Source: Chrysomallon squamiferum (Eukaryota > Animalia > Mollusca). Taken from it: DNA of 64,000 nt. The translations under genes and the position numbers were made by a program. The stretch is from assembly GCA_012295275.1 (NCBI GenBank), contig CM022677.1, forward strand, positions 13,206,001-13,270,000. The letters run 5' to 3'. Below the pieces are notes generated by a model that searched no databases, was not told the DNA's origin, and worked only from the letters and a program-made list of their open reading frames with translations. Positions 48,501-63,622 of the stretch are shown here, in pieces. Numbering within the stretch: position 1 is the stretch's first letter; the number at the start of each line of letters is the position of its first letter.

Positions 48501-49139
48501 TAAAAGACTTGATAATCAAGTTCATGATCAAATTAAACAGTAGTTAGATTAATTCACAGTTTACAGTTTTGTTTTTGTCACAGTCTACTGAGTAACAAGA
48601 GGCTCACCTGGTCTTTGAAACTGAAATCTGGGTGGCTTTCTAGAATGTTCCACAATATTTTAGCTGGAGTATTCATGCTGAAAACCCCCAGAAACCAAAG
48701 ATCCCTGTAAAACCAGTGAACAAAAATTATTTAAATATATTCACATGAGCAAGCGATTGATTATCATCTTAAATTTTGTTATTAACATAACTACTTATAA
48801 ACAAACATGTTAATAAAGTTACAACAAAGCATTTGTCACTAATATTATTACTTTTATTTAAAAATTAAATTATAACAATATAGTATTATGAACTAGCTAT
48901 ATCTCTATACTTAATAACTTAACATGTTAATAATGAAGTATAATACTATAGTGTTATTAACTGTTTATACTATGTACTTAATAAATAATACAGAACAATC
49001 TATTGGGACACTTCTGTTAAGAATATTTTACAACAGTGGTTTAAGTAAATTTCAAACTACTGATACTGGTAATAAAATAGTCTTTATTTAAATGTTCAGA
49101 GTAATTCAAATGGTAAAACTGTTATAATTACATTACTCA

Positions 49140-49250
49140 GTAGTGTTTGCTGACACAGATAGGAGTGTTGACATCGGCACCAGCGTCACACAACAACAAC
49201 ACCATTGTGAAATCTTTTAGACATGTAGAAATATATGAGGGCACTGAGAA
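49140..49250 (-). pseudogene. Ankyrin-repeat-like coding fragment
   Basis: Minus strand MVLLLCDAGADVNT matches the ankyrin LLxxGADVN motif. Confidence 0.4.
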
Positions 49251-49905
49251 TTCTAAAATAGTAAATATTATTTGAAAACAAATAAAAACATTAATATATA
49301 GCTATATTTGTTTACTAATGGTAAAATGTTGAAGTGTGTGAGGATACTGAGAATTCTGCGATAGTAAATATTACAGTTATTTTGTTCTTGATGTAAAATG
49401 ATTGATGGCAAGCTGACAACAGTACAGATATCAGTATTTCTAAATTGTTAATAAAAAATATTTTTTCTTTACTTTTTTTAATTTTTTTTACCAAAATATA
49501 CAGAAACATTGAGATAGTGTACACATTTCCAGATTTCTAAATAAAACATAATTTAACAAAATGTTTTTTACTGATACAGTGTCCAATGGACACTGATATT
49601 ATAAAATACAGAATCATTAATTTAAACTATTACAAAGATTTAAACTTACGATGTTTAGCATGATTAATTAATCATATAACATTGTTTAATAATGTATAAA
49701 GTCTGAGATCAAAATAATGATTAAACAATTATTTATGAAGAAATTATTTATTTTATTTGTATTTTATTTTGATAATTAAACTACTATAACTTCACATTAC
49801 CTTGTTGAATAAATTGATATTACATGTTAACCTCAATAGGGCCTCCTGCACTTTCTGATCACTGATCTCCAGAACACCATAAATCAATCCTGAAAGTAAG
49901 ATTTA

Positions 49906-49941
<36 letters not shown>

Positions 49942-51604
49942 TGATAATAATAACAAATATATCAAATCCTGTCAGTAAAATGTGAAATTACAATGATGGT
50001 AATAATAAACTGTGTGTCTCATTGTGAAAAGTTGTATCAAAGACTCAGTCTGTAAGGAATAAATTCAGGAATTTTCACATTCCACCAACCTTCTACATTA
50101 TACTAATTGTAGAAAAAAAAACATTCAGTCTTTTAAAATTACAATTTTTATTATGACGGCAAAGTTAATAAGTATAATATACTTTAAAACATGATGTGCA
50201 GACTAACAAAGTAACAATAGTAGTTAATAAAAAGAGATAAAGAATAATGAGAAGTACACAAATAATATTAGGAACAGCATTAATACACATCACTGGTAAA
50301 TGGAAATGATGGTGGCCTTAATAGAAACAGTAATAATATACTTTAATGTAGGAAACATACTCTAAGAAAAGAATAACAGTTAATAGGAAGCACTAAAGAA
50401 TAATGAGAAGTACACGAATAACATTAGAAACAATGCTGTTACAACATCAAACAAAGCGACACAACTTGAAATAATAATAACATATTTTAATATAAGATGT
50501 GCACACTGAAAGTCAGACTAACAATTAACAGAAAGCACAACAGAACAAATAAAAGTACACCTGTAACATCAAGCAGAATGCTGATATGACGGAAATGATA
50601 GTGGCATTAATACAAAGAATAATAATATATTTTGAAACAGAATGCACACACGAAGAATAATTTAACAATAATAGTTAATAAAAAGAGCTTTAGAATAATG
50701 AAAAGTATAACATTAGGGCCAATGCTGTTACAAAGCAAAGAAGGTAACATTAACAGAAATAATAATAATATATTAATATGTGATGCACACTGTTAAAAAG
50801 TAAGAATAATAGTGAGTAAAAGGCAAAAAAAGAATAATCAGAAGTACTCTTAGATGTTAAGAAGAACAGAGATTCGATGGCAATGTTGACAGACATAAGA
50901 ATAAGATATTTTAAATTAGGATGTGCACACTAAGAAAGTAACCAAAAAAAAACACAAAAAAATTAAATAATAGTACGAACAACACCGTTTTAAAATTACC
51001 TTTTCATTGAACAGCATAACTGTAACAAGTTATTAAAAAAGGAACATCATCAAAGAAATCTAAATATTTACATAGTGGAGAAATTCCCTTTTAAGTCCAG
51101 GTAATACAATATAGCAACACTGACATAAGAAAACTATAAACTTCATTACTTTTTTATTATAGTGGATAAAAACTTGATAAAATATAAATTTTCCTTTGTT
51201 ACTAATAAATCTAATATTATATCAATTTTCATTTTCATAAACAACAGAAATATAAATTAGCTCCTTTTTTCTTTTTATCTTTAGCACTGAAAGAATTGAA
51301 TGAATTTTACATTTTTATTTATTTATTTATTTATTGTCATATTTTTGTTTCAATCAACACAGCACAAAATAAAACTTATTATAATTAACTAAAGCAGTAA
51401 GTTACATTTAAAAGTAAAAACAAATTATTTCTTTTTTAATTACTATTTTTCTGTTTTCTTTTTTCTTTCTTTCTTTCTTATTAATATTATATTTTTAAAA
51501 TATTTTTTGGACAATAAACTCTATTTTCTTATGGAAAAAAGAAAAATTAAATTATTATTAAAAATCATTTTAAGTTTATATACTAAATTTTCACTAATTA
51601 GGAC

Positions 51605-51661
<57 letters not shown>

Positions 51662-54600
51662 ATTATTATTGTCTTTTTCCAAAAAAACAAAAAAATAAAA
51701 AACAAGAGTAAGTTTGTTAGTGACAGTAATAAAATAATAATATTTATTATTATTTAAAATCTGTTCTGAAATATATTAAATTTGAATTTTTACCAGCAGC
51801 ACTAAAAATGAAAATGTATTAAAACGGTAAGTTTATAAAATATGTATAATGAATGTGAAAATTAACCCTGAACAGTCTGTATTTTTTCTTTTCAACAATG
51901 GAATATATCTATATATTCATTTAAAAAATCCACTATCATTCACAATAAACAGTGAAATCTTATGATGTAAAATGAACATTAAAAACAATAAAAATAGAAT
52001 AAATTGATACGTAGATATACAGAAATGTATCCTGATAAATAGAAAATGAAGGAGAAATGTATCCTGATAAATAGAAAATGAAGGAGATTTGAAGGAAGGT
52101 TATGTAGACAGGTAAGCATGGAGATAGTTAGATGATTGATAGATGTTCACTGTAATCTGGATTGTTAAGTTGATGGATATATAAAACAAACATAGAAAAG
52201 ATAGGTAGTTATGTAGGTAGGTCACTAGCTGTTTCAGTTGATACATACATACATACATATATATAGAGAGAGAGAGGATGGCTTATGGTGAGAGTGTACT
52301 TTTGTAATGGGTTATAAATGGACAGACAAACAGAAAGATACATATGGATTTTGAAAGTTGTTATGCATGCAGGAGGCAAGTGAGACAGAGAGACTCAGAG
52401 GTAGAGAGAGTTTGATACAGATAAAAAAATTAGACTGAAAGATTATTTGTAGACAGATAAACAGACTGATAGAAAGGAACAAAGATAAATATTCAAATGT
52501 GTCTGTCAGTCTATCTACCTATCTACCTATCTATCTATCAATCTGTCTATCTATCTATTTATCAATATATTTATTCATTTTTCTATTTATCCCATTTTCA
52601 TAAGCAACACTCTCTCTAAAAGACAAACAACAGACTCAGTCTTTCTTACAATGGTGCCTTCTTGCATCTATCTATCTTTCTAGTAATCTATCTTCTGTCT
52701 ATCAAGCTACCTTTCTTGTGCCCATTTTACATTTTACCATATATCCACACTGTTTTACACATACATATGTAATTACTTATCCTTTAATATAGACATATAC
52801 CGATCACTTCCTAAACACACAAATACATTATCATTCCTATACATGTATCAGTATTAGTAAGTGTGTGTACACACATACACACATTCTTTAATGCATGTCA
52901 ATCAGTCTGTCTTTAATGCATGTCTATATGTCTATCAGTCTGTCTAAAAACCAATATATTGAACTAGTGACATACCTACCTATCTACCTTCCTATCAGTT
53001 TCTCTCTCTAGCTTGTATGTCTATTTTTCAGTAACCATCTGTATAACTACAGACTACTTCAAACCTCCATATCTTTCTAAACATCTATCTATATAATCTA
53101 TCTAATATTATCTCTGGATATCTTTCTATAAATCTATCAGTTCATCACTAACTCAATCTTAACACAAATCCAATCATCTATGTATCTCTGTCTGTCTGTG
53201 TGTGTTTATGTTCATATCCTCAAATCAACCGCCAACCGCTTTACCATCATACATGCTTACACCTATCTATCTATTTATCATTCTATAGCTAGATATGAAC
53301 CTACTGACCTGCCTGTCTCTTTAACTATCTGTATATCCATCCATCGAACTCTAAGTAAATGCGTCCCTATATATATATTCCTCTAACCATCAATATTACA
53401 ATCCATCAATAACCATCCATGAATCACCTATTCATCTCCCTAAATTATAACTACTTTTTTTATCTATCTTTCTGTGTTACTGTCCATTTATAACTCTCAT
53501 TCCCAATTCCCATAGTTAGCAATCCTTATGAATCACACACACACACACACACACAAGCACACGCACTTTCTATGCATATACTTGCAGGTGTCACCTATCT
53601 ATATGTATCTCAAATGTTTATCTATGTACACAATTTCTTATTCTATCTACATAATCAACCTACCTAACAATTTATTATCACTAACATCTATCAGTCATTT
53701 AAACATCTTCTTGTTTACATACCTACATATCCAACTTCAAACCTCCCTATATTTCTGTTTGTTTGCACACACATATATATATATACTCAATATAATTCAC
53801 TCGTCAAAAAAGACAAGCAACTTTTCCTTCTATGTACTATTCCCTGCTCCAACTTATGCATACATACACCTGTATATACATTCAGTCTTCCACATTACCA
53901 TCATATTTGCCTACACCTATCTGTCTGTCTGCTACATAATTATCTACACATATCTTCATATCAACCTACTGAACTACTGACCTACATACCTATTTGTTTA
54001 TCTATCCACATTACAACAGATCAATAACCATCCATTAATCATATATCTAATTCCCTGTCAAACTACCTACATACATAACTAACTATGCCTGCATTACAAT
54101 CTGTATGATTTATGTATACATCTGTATGTCTACACTCTCAGCCTGGCACACAAACACACATAACAGAAAGAAGAAAACACAGAATAAATAGATAGACATT
54201 GTCATGTTCACCTATCTGCCTAAATTCATCTACATCTAACAATTTATTTGTAACTTCTAGTGATATAACTATCAGTATCTCCCTCTTTCTTTCTGTATAT
54301 CTTCCTGTTTATCTCTTTACCTGTTAACAGCCCATCAGACAGTCAGTCTCATATCTCTGTCAATGATCTTTCCATTCCTTTAAATCACTTATGGTTAAGT
54401 GCTAATATTCTTTATTACGCTGGAACCTGCCTGTTGTCTATCTGTAAATATCATTGCTCCACATCTTTTCATTTCTTCTGCACTAATCTGTAATGTAGAA
54501 CCACACAGAGCTTTTGCAGTGTCATTAGTCATTATAGTGGAAGTTGTTTTACTGCCTTCCTGATAAAACCAAGAATCATCCACTGTTAACTATTGGAGAA

Positions 54601-57600
54601 CAATCAATCAACACTGATGTATATTGTCAACAACTTCTCTGTATGGAAACTGCTTTGGAAAGAAAAATCCATATTGGTCTATATCAGTAGATATCTCAAC
54701 TGTTTGAAGTAACCTTTATATTCTTCTCCATATTTTTATAAATGAAGCTGATTCCAGAATCATGTCTTTCCTGTAGATACAATAATAAAATTTAATAGAA
54801 ATAATAACTATTTTTCCATTGTGTCTAATACTGTAATGTTAGAAAGAAATTATTATAAATAAAGGTCATCTGTCTCTTATTGTAATATATTTTAATAAAT
54901 AACAAATAATTTAAACAAAAATACAGATCGATGAAAAAGTATAACTACACATTTTACATTCTGGTCAACATTAAAAAAACTAAATTGTCTTTTATATCTA
55001 AATTCATAAAAATAAGTGAAAATATTTCTTTATGAAAGATTTTCTAATACTAAAGAAGAATGCACTGATCAGATCAGAATATGTTAAAGTTAAGCAATAC
55101 AAACATAACAAGAAAAAAATAAATGTATAACATTAAATGACAGTGGAATACAGTCATAAAAAATAAACATTATCTGTGAATATCATTCAGTTCATCAGCT
55201 AGTTTATGTATATTATTCTAACACAAAACTGCAGTGTTTAAAATGCTGAAGTGTTATCTTGAACTGAACTGAACTTTTATCTATAAGTATGTTTATTAAA
55301 GTCAACAGATTTGAATCCTGAATGAGGAAGCTGATAAAATGTTTTTTTAAAATTGAACAAAATAATGGAGATACTGCAAGAGGAACACAGAAACTAATCA
55401 GCTCTGTGTCATCTCATATATAAAGTTTTGACTGGTAGGAAACAGGGTTGTAAGGATTTACACCTGCTTCTTCCTTAACAATGGCAATTTATAACATAAT
55501 TACCACCACCTTGATGTCTCTGCATTTGTATTGTACATTTTTCAGGAATATCATGGAATTTTTATAAAAAAGAATCAAGAAATGAAGTACTGGTTTTGAC
55601 AGGTTTTTGTTTTATTTTAGTTATTATTATCGTTGTTGTTGTTGTGGTGGTGGTTGTTGTTACTGCTATTATTACTATTCATGTTGCTATTATATATTTT
55701 TAAATAATATATCTAAAATGCTATTTTAGCTGATAAAGAAAAAAAAAGGAAACAAAAAACATTAATATCCCTTCCTGTTTTCCTCCAAAAATATAAATTA
55801 AAAAAAGTTTAAAATTTCAAGCAAACCACATAAGTGTAAAATCTACTGATCTCTCTTGCATCTGAGTTACCTGAAAGGTCTTCCAAGCTGGTCAAGAAAA
55901 TCCTCTGAAATGCTGGATACAAAGTTTGTGCTGGTGGTATGATAGCTATATTTAAACAACTATCTTGTTTCATGTATTAGTCACTGTTTCTTATTATTTG
56001 TTCACGATCAGGCAATTTGGGGGATTTTGTACATTCCCCTTTTTTTAGCCTATTTATCTAAATAAACAAATATAGAAAGAAAAATTAATAAAAAAAAAAT
56101 AAATTAACAAAAATAAAAAATAAGCATCAAGTTTATCATTCTAAATATTTAAATAACTAATGTTTACCTATTCCAGGCTAGAAGCATATGATTAATTTTA
56201 AATAAAATCTTTGGGAAGAAATACCTCAGTCATGGAAAATTATTTTACATTATCAATGAATTATACTTTAACAATGTTTTAATACTGACTTTATTTATCT
56301 GGATATGATGGTAACATTTAAGAAGCAGCAACAATAACTTTAAAAAAGACTAAATCCTTTGCCTGAGCAAATCTTACAATGAATGGCCACTGGCCATTAC
56401 AAGCCCTGCATTCATATGTACATATGTACTTACACACATTACTATTATTTATTATTATAAAACCTATTGATACCACTTACTTCAGAACAGTTCTCTGTTT
56501 TATTGACTTGCTCTGACTGGCTAGTAAGAGTATCAGAAGAATTTGTCATCTTCAGGTCTTTTTTGTCATAATCGCCTACAAAACCAGAAAGAGATTTATT
56601 TTCAGCTTGCACACTTAAATTTGCAAAACAAGATTACACTTTAGCAATTTAGAAGTAAAGCTGAATTAGCCACAATTAACTAACTCAAAATTGTTTCCAG
56701 CTTACAGTTTGTTTTATCTGTATTCACTGAGTACATTTCTCTCTTTTAGTTTCTCTTTCATCTTGATCTTCTATAATGATCTAGCAGACTGTTTTGGCAG
56801 GCATCCCAGCTATTACTATAATATATGATCATAAAATTGTGATAGAATTACATCTCATAGGAAAAAAACAAAAACATATTTATAAATAAAAATTAATGAA
56901 AGGCGTTAAATCCCAAATCTGCACTAATTACTTCTGCTAATTAGATTCTTCAATAGAATGAAAGTCACATCTGTAGCTGATGGATGTTATTAATTTAAAT
57001 TAAATTATTAAAAATAAAATTAAAAATTAAATTAATTAAAAAGATACAAAGATAAAAGAGATAATAGTAAAGTAAAAACAAATTAAAATTCACAAATTTA
57101 TAGTTAACTAAATCAACATTAAAATAAAAATCATTGCATAATGAAGAACAGAACTGTTAAAAGTATTAAACTTGATTAAAAAAACCTGAAAGATAAAAAA
57201 AAAAGAGAGAGAGAACATGCAAATTTAATGTAATATAAAATCAAAACTTCTGTCTTAAAGCTTGTAATTTTAAACTTTCATTCACAGGTGTAAAATTACA
57301 TAAGTAAAAAAAACAACATACAAAGTATTTTCTAATAACCTACCAAACTGAAGTGGCAACATTTAACAGTAAATATTATAACCAAGCTGATTAAAACGAA
57401 AAACAGATGAATACAGAAATGGGACTGTACAAATTATTTATATTTTAATTACAATGAAAATAAATTTCAACTTTACAAACAAACAAATAACAAAACACAA
57501 AATTGTAAATACCATATTTATTATATTAATTTATTGATGTTTAAGTATCATTTCTATGAAATCTATGGAGAAATAAATGAATATATATTCAAAATAGCTA

Positions 57601-59678
57601 ACCTGAAATATATTTTCTTCGATTATATTTATCTAATTATATAAACATAAAACAACTTCCAGTAAGATATAACTTGGAATTAACCAAACGATTTCATTTT
57701 CTTTGATATATTATTATAAAATTACTTTATGGTAAAAACTAAAATATGAGTATGAAAAAGGAGTATTTATTTCCTAATTATATTTTAATTAATCCTTTCT
57801 TAATAAAAAGTTATATCCAAATTAAGGCAAACAACTGTACTTGAACTTATATTTTGAAGTTATATGCCTTGATATTATTAAAATTCTATATTCTTGCTGG
57901 AATTTTTTAAAACATTCCACATACCATAATAAAAGTGATGCTGACATTTGTTTTAAAAATATTATTTTGAACTATTAAGTTTTGCTAGGTTTGTGTAAGT
58001 CATAACTTTACTTAAAAACTGTTAAGGTTTATTATGACAAAAAGTGCAAGAGTTGGTAAAATTTTAAATTTATTTATAAAAAAGTATATATTTCCTTAAT
58101 TGTTAAATAAACTATATGAAATAAAAATAAAACAAAAAAAATATTAAAAGATAGTTCACCTTCTTTGTAGCTCCTTGACATCTCCAGAGCTTTACCAAAT
58201 GGTGCAGTTGTTGCATAACCCTGTAGGAAATATGGAAAATAAAACAAAATATGAAATCACATTTCTACATAAAATGATGTGATCAACCAAGATTTTAAAA
58301 TATAATTTTAATTTTGTTATTGATGTTGATATATATATATCAACATCAATAACAAAATTAAAATTATATATATGTATATATGTATAATCATTTTAAATAT
58401 ATATATATATTTAAAATGATTATACATATCTAAAAGCTGAAGATAATCTTAACATATTAGAAAAGTTATTTGTATTTTTTAAAACATTTTCTATATTTTC
58501 TATAACGTTTAAATATAATCATAAAACAGCTGTAGTGTTGATAAGAAAACTGGAGAGTGAAAATAAATAAATATATAATGTGTATTGTTAGTTAATATTC
58601 TCAATGTGTGAAGTCAACACAGAAAGTGAAGGTTTGTTTGTTATAGCTTGATAAATCTAAAAATTTAACAATATTAAAAACAAAGTGTTTTATTTAACTG
58701 ATTAAAAAGCTCATTTTGATTTTTATTAAGACAAATAGTAAATAAATAAATTAAATGTAAAACAATTAATGTTTTTACTTTAGTAAAAATAAAGAAGGTA
58801 AAATGCCTATTGATAACCAAACTTACAAAAACATACTTCTTAACAATTACTGGCTAATGATCATGTACTTAAAATAAATAATCATCATTCTTATCTATTA
58901 ATTTTATTTTACTATGATCATGTGTGAAAACTTGATAGCAAAACATAATTAAATCTTTACTTGCCTTTTCACTGCACCATTTTCTGCATATTCAGCAGGC
59001 TTATTGTCATCCATTCTGAAACAAAAATAAAAGGATAATAAATCCAATAAGTCAGCAGGTAATTTAAATATTTTGGAAAAACACAAAGAAGTCCTAAGAA
59101 ATGTATTTAAAATTATTTTAAAAATAATTTTAAAAAATTATTCATTGCAAATGCAGCTTGATGATTTACAGAGTTCACTGACAGGTTTCATACAGCAATG
59201 TGGTCACAAGAAGGGAAGGACCTCTGCCTGTTACACGTACTGTGGTACAGTGAAATATAAATTCACTACCTAAATCTTATCCTTTAAGTTCAAGCAGCTG
59301 CATATCACCATGACGAAAATGACAAATGAGTTGAGAAAACAAAACAAAGAAATAAAATAATAATTAGCTACCTCGTCAAAGTATTTGGCATTGTAATGCT
59401 TTTTATGGGTGAAACACTGCCATTGTCACCTTGACCATCACAGTGACCAATGTCCTCCTCGATCAACATTGTTGATAATTTTATTGAATGTCTGAAAATG
59501 CAAGTTGTATGTTATTTAAGAGTCTGCTTAGAAAAACAAATGATTTAGGAAAACTAAAAAGGGACAGACACAGAAAAAGAATTTTAAGGATTACATTCTG
59601 TAACAACCAAAATAAAAACCCAAAGGCTTATTTAATTACAAAATGCACAAAATTCTATAAATAAATAAAAAATAGTTA

Positions 59679-59878
59679 NNNNNNNNNNNNNNNNNNNNNN
59701 NNNNNNNNNNNNNNNNNNNNNNNNNNNNNNNNNNNNNNNNNNNNNNNNNNNNNNNNNNNNNNNNNNNNNNNNNNNNNNNNNNNNNNNNNNNNNNNNNNNN
59801 NNNNNNNNNNNNNNNNNNNNNNNNNNNNNNNNNNNNNNNNNNNNNNNNNNNNNNNNNNNNNNNNNNNNNNNNNNNNNN
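59679..59878. other. Assembly gap (200 N)
   Basis: Run of n. Confidence 1.
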
Positions 59879-60289
59879 TTATTAAGAAATATTTTATTGT
59901 TTTATTATATTTATTTGTTTCTCCTTTTACCATCGGACAAAAGTATAATGTAGAACACAATTCTTGTTTTTAAGTTCTCATTATCCTTATCATATTTCAA
60001 GTTCAGAGTTATATCAAAATATAAATTTTCTTTTTGTAAATTTTAGTTTTCAACAAATTAGATATTTTCAACATAGAATTATTATTATTAATATAAAAAA
60101 GATGTTATTTACCTTTGATATATTAATATAACAGATAAAGAATATCCTATAAATATTTCCATCTGATCTATAATTTTAATGTAAAAAGAATTCATTACTT
60201 AAAATGCTTACTAAATGATTAAACAGTGTCCACTAATTAAATTATTGGATTCCATTGGTTGAAAATATACCTGAACATTAATCACAAGC

Positions 60290-61240
60290 GAATATATTGA
60301 TATTCTCTCCCTTTAACATGAAAAAGAATAACCTCTCGGATAGAGTTATGTCCCCGTTGTTACATTTTTCTCCTTGATTATTCAGGTTAAAATGAACATA
60401 TTTCTATATAGATTTATCTCCCATTTAACATGAAAAAAAAAATAACCTCTCTAATAGAGGTATCTCCCCTTTGTTACATTTTTCTCCTTGATTACTCAGG
60501 TTAAAACGAACATATTCCTATATAGATTTATCTCCCTTTCACATGAAAATGAACATATTCATGTATAGAGTTATCTCCCCTTTGTTACATTTTTCTCTTG
60601 ATTATTCAGGTTAAAACGAACATATTCCTATATAGAGTTATGTCCCCTTTAACATGAAAACGAATAACCTCTTGGATGGAAGTATCTCCCATTTGTTACA
60701 TTTTTCTCCTTGATTATTCAGGTTAAAACCAACATATTCATGTATAGAGTTATCTCCCCTTTGTTACATTTTTCTCTTGATTATTCAAGTTAAAACGAAC
60801 ATATTCCTATATAGAGTTATGTCCCCTTTGCTAGATTTTCCTCCTTCACTATTCAGGTTAAAACGAACATATTCCTATATAGATTTATCTCCCTTTAACA
60901 TGAAAACGAATAACCTCTCTGATAGAGTTATCTCCCCTTTGTTACATTTTTCTCTTGATTATTCAGGTTAAAACGAACATATTCCTATATAGAGTTATCT
61001 CCCTTTAACATGAAAACGAATATCCTCTCGGATAGAGTTATGTCCCCCTTTCGTACATTTTTCTCCTTGATTATTCAGGTTAAAACGAACATATTCCTAT
61101 ATAGAGTTATGTCCCCTTTGTTACATTTTTCTCCTTGATTAGTCAGGTTAAAACGAATATATTCCTATATAGATTTATCTCCCCTTTGTTACATTTTTCT
61201 CTTGATTATTAAAACGAACAGATTCTTATACAGAGTTATG
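60290..61240 (+). repeat. Compound minisatellite
   Basis: Recurrent subunits ttattcaggttaaaacgaacatattcctatatagagttatctcccctttgttacatttttctc and tttaacatgaaaacgaataacctctc; related gagttatctccctt repeats at ~62510-62820. Confidence 0.9.
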
Positions 61241-61374
61241 TGATAAATCCTTTTATAATATAAGAAAGTGGAGAAAACGTCATCCAAGAAAGTATTCGTT
61301 TTCATATTAAAGGGAAATAACTCTATTTGTGAATATATTCGCTGGTAAATATTATTAAGACATTTTTTATTCAA

Positions 61375-62600
61375 TATAGAAGATTGTAACAGCAGAACAA
61401 TAATAATAAAAAAATAGTTTAAGAAATAAAAACGCATGGCCCCTACCCCCCTACACAGCTTGTGAAGATACTGAACCAAGTTCGAACTTTAATGTTTCTT
61501 GTAAGCATGTTCATATGTGTGAGATCGTGGGATTGAATCTCCGCGTTTTTGGAGACATCAGCAGTACTTTTGGAATCCGATGGAATCCGATTCCAGATTC
61601 ATCTACGAAATATTGTGGAAACAACACTTTCTTTATATATAACATGGGTCATACCCCGTGATGTGTCACCAGAGGTGGGAGGAGTTTACTCGGCGAAGTA
61701 AAGGCTATATTGATTACAGTTTAGAGATATGTGCTCACAAACGTAGATTAGAGTTATGTCCCTTACGTGAGATGTATTCACTAAGCAAAGTGGAAATTAT
61801 ATCGATTAGAGTTATCTTGAAAAATGAAATAAAAAAGAATAATGATGTAGTTTCTAAAGAAATGCTATTTAATTATTCAGCCAAGTTATGAAAAAATAAT
61901 TCTAATAAAAACATTATTCACATAATAGAAGATTGTAACAGCAGAACAATAAAAAAAAATAGTTTAAGAAATAAAAACGCATGGCCCCTGCCCCCCTGCC
62001 CTAGTACCCCACCCTCACACAGCTTGTGAAGGTACAGAACAAAGTTGAAACTATAATGTTTCTTGTAAGCATGTTCGTGTGCGTGAGATCGTGGGATTGA
62101 ATCTCAGCGTTTTTGGAGACATCAGCAGTACTTTCCGATTCCAGATTCATCTACGAAATACTGTAGAAACACCACTTTCTTTATACAGGGTGGCCCAGAT
62201 GTAACCGAACCCGAAAGCTCAATCGATGATCACTGATTTCAAGTCTGCTTCGCGAAAATGTGCAAAAAAGTAACAGAATCAACCATTGAACGATGTCATC
62301 ACTGTATTACAAATAATGGTTTGCATTTTGAACATTTGCTGTAACTATATGAAATCAAATTTGTTTCATTTAACTGTAACTTTTCATAACAATTCAGGTT
62401 CGGTTACATCTGGGCCACCCTGTATATAACATGGGTCATACCCCATGATGTGTCACCAGAGGTGGGAGGAGTTTACTCGGCGAAGTAAAGGCTATATTGG
62501 TTACAGTTGAGTGATATGTGCTCACAAACCTGGATTAGAGTTAGGTCCCTTACATGAGATGTAGTCAGTAAACAAATTAAAAATTATATCGATTAGACTT
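61375..62600 (+). repeat. Tandem duplication (~61375-61820 and ~61924-62600)
   Basis: tagaagattgtaacagcagaacaat...gagatcgtgggattgaatctc...atgtgtcaccagaggtgggaggagtttactcggcg occurs twice. Confidence 0.9.
62186..62422. mobile_element. Tc1/mariner-family MITE
   Basis: TIRs cagggtggcccagatgtaaccgaacc / ggttcggttacatctgggccaccctg; TA TSD; empty site in the paralogous copy at ~61633. Confidence 0.93.
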
Positions 62601-63622
62601 ATCTCCCTTTAGTGATATGTGTTCACAAACATAGACTAGAGTTATGTCCTTTATGTGAGATGTACTCACTAAGCAAAGTGAAAATTGTATCGATTACAGT
62701 TATCTCCCTTACGTGACATGTACTCACTGAATAAAGTAAAAATTATATCGATTAGAGTTATCTCTCTTTAGTGATATGTGCTCGCAACTTTAGCCTTACG
62801 TGAGATGTACTCACTAAGCTTACGTACGCTAATTATCCATATGTGATAAATGGAATCTCGAAAAATGTCGGGGTAGGGCGGGAGGGCTTGTGTTCAACTC
62901 ACCTTTTCTGTCCGGGACCCTAAGCTCACCCATTTTTATCCTATCCACCCCCCCTGCCCTAGTCACCCACACACCGACTGTCTGTCCTGCATATGGATGG
63001 AGCTACTGTAAACAGGCTGAAGTTTGTACAAGCACTAGGGGCTTTTAAGATTAAACTGGTAATTAAATATTTAAAAAAGTAATATTGTTTTTGTTTACCG
63101 ACTGAAAATATAGAAACTTATCTAGTGATCATATATTGCAATTACTGATAGTGACTTCAGGATCTATCTGATCTATCTATCTATCCGTGCATACACATAC
63201 ATACACATGCATGCATGCACTCACACACTGTGTGATAGAGGTAAGCTTCTGAAAATCGACTGAATATTGACGAGTATAAATAAAATATATATGAATCCAT
63301 GATGTGTGTTTACATTGGTGTGTGTTGGTGCACACATTTGCATACAAAAACACACATACACAACAAACACATAAATTAAGCTATGCATTTCTTTATTTAC
63401 TTTATATTTTTTATTTGTTTTTCATCCATTTTCCAATCCAGTGCCTCCTGCAAGCATTATTAGAGATTTTAAAAATGATTTTTGTAATATGATTTTAAAT
63501 AATTACATATATTTATCTTGTCAATCTATTTATATCTGTTAAACAGTTCACACAAATACTTTCAGGTGTAAGTAATGTTTATCAATATTCTGCCTTATAA
63601 CATGATTAGTATAACATTAATT

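Larger units (their letters stand above)
44240..59495 (-). other. Scattered probable minus-strand exons of an unidentified, possibly decayed host gene
   Basis: Higher-complexity islands bounded on the + strand by (tt)acc/act...ctg(a/t)a, i.e. GT-AG on the minus strand, at ~44795-44982, 49800-49890, 54380-54771, 55870-56058, 56480-56577, 58160-58221, 58960-59016 and 59372-59491; some contain stops; product not recognised. Confidence 0.35.

Noticed and set aside
59676-59960. ORF running through N bases
   Set aside because: Assembly gap artefact.
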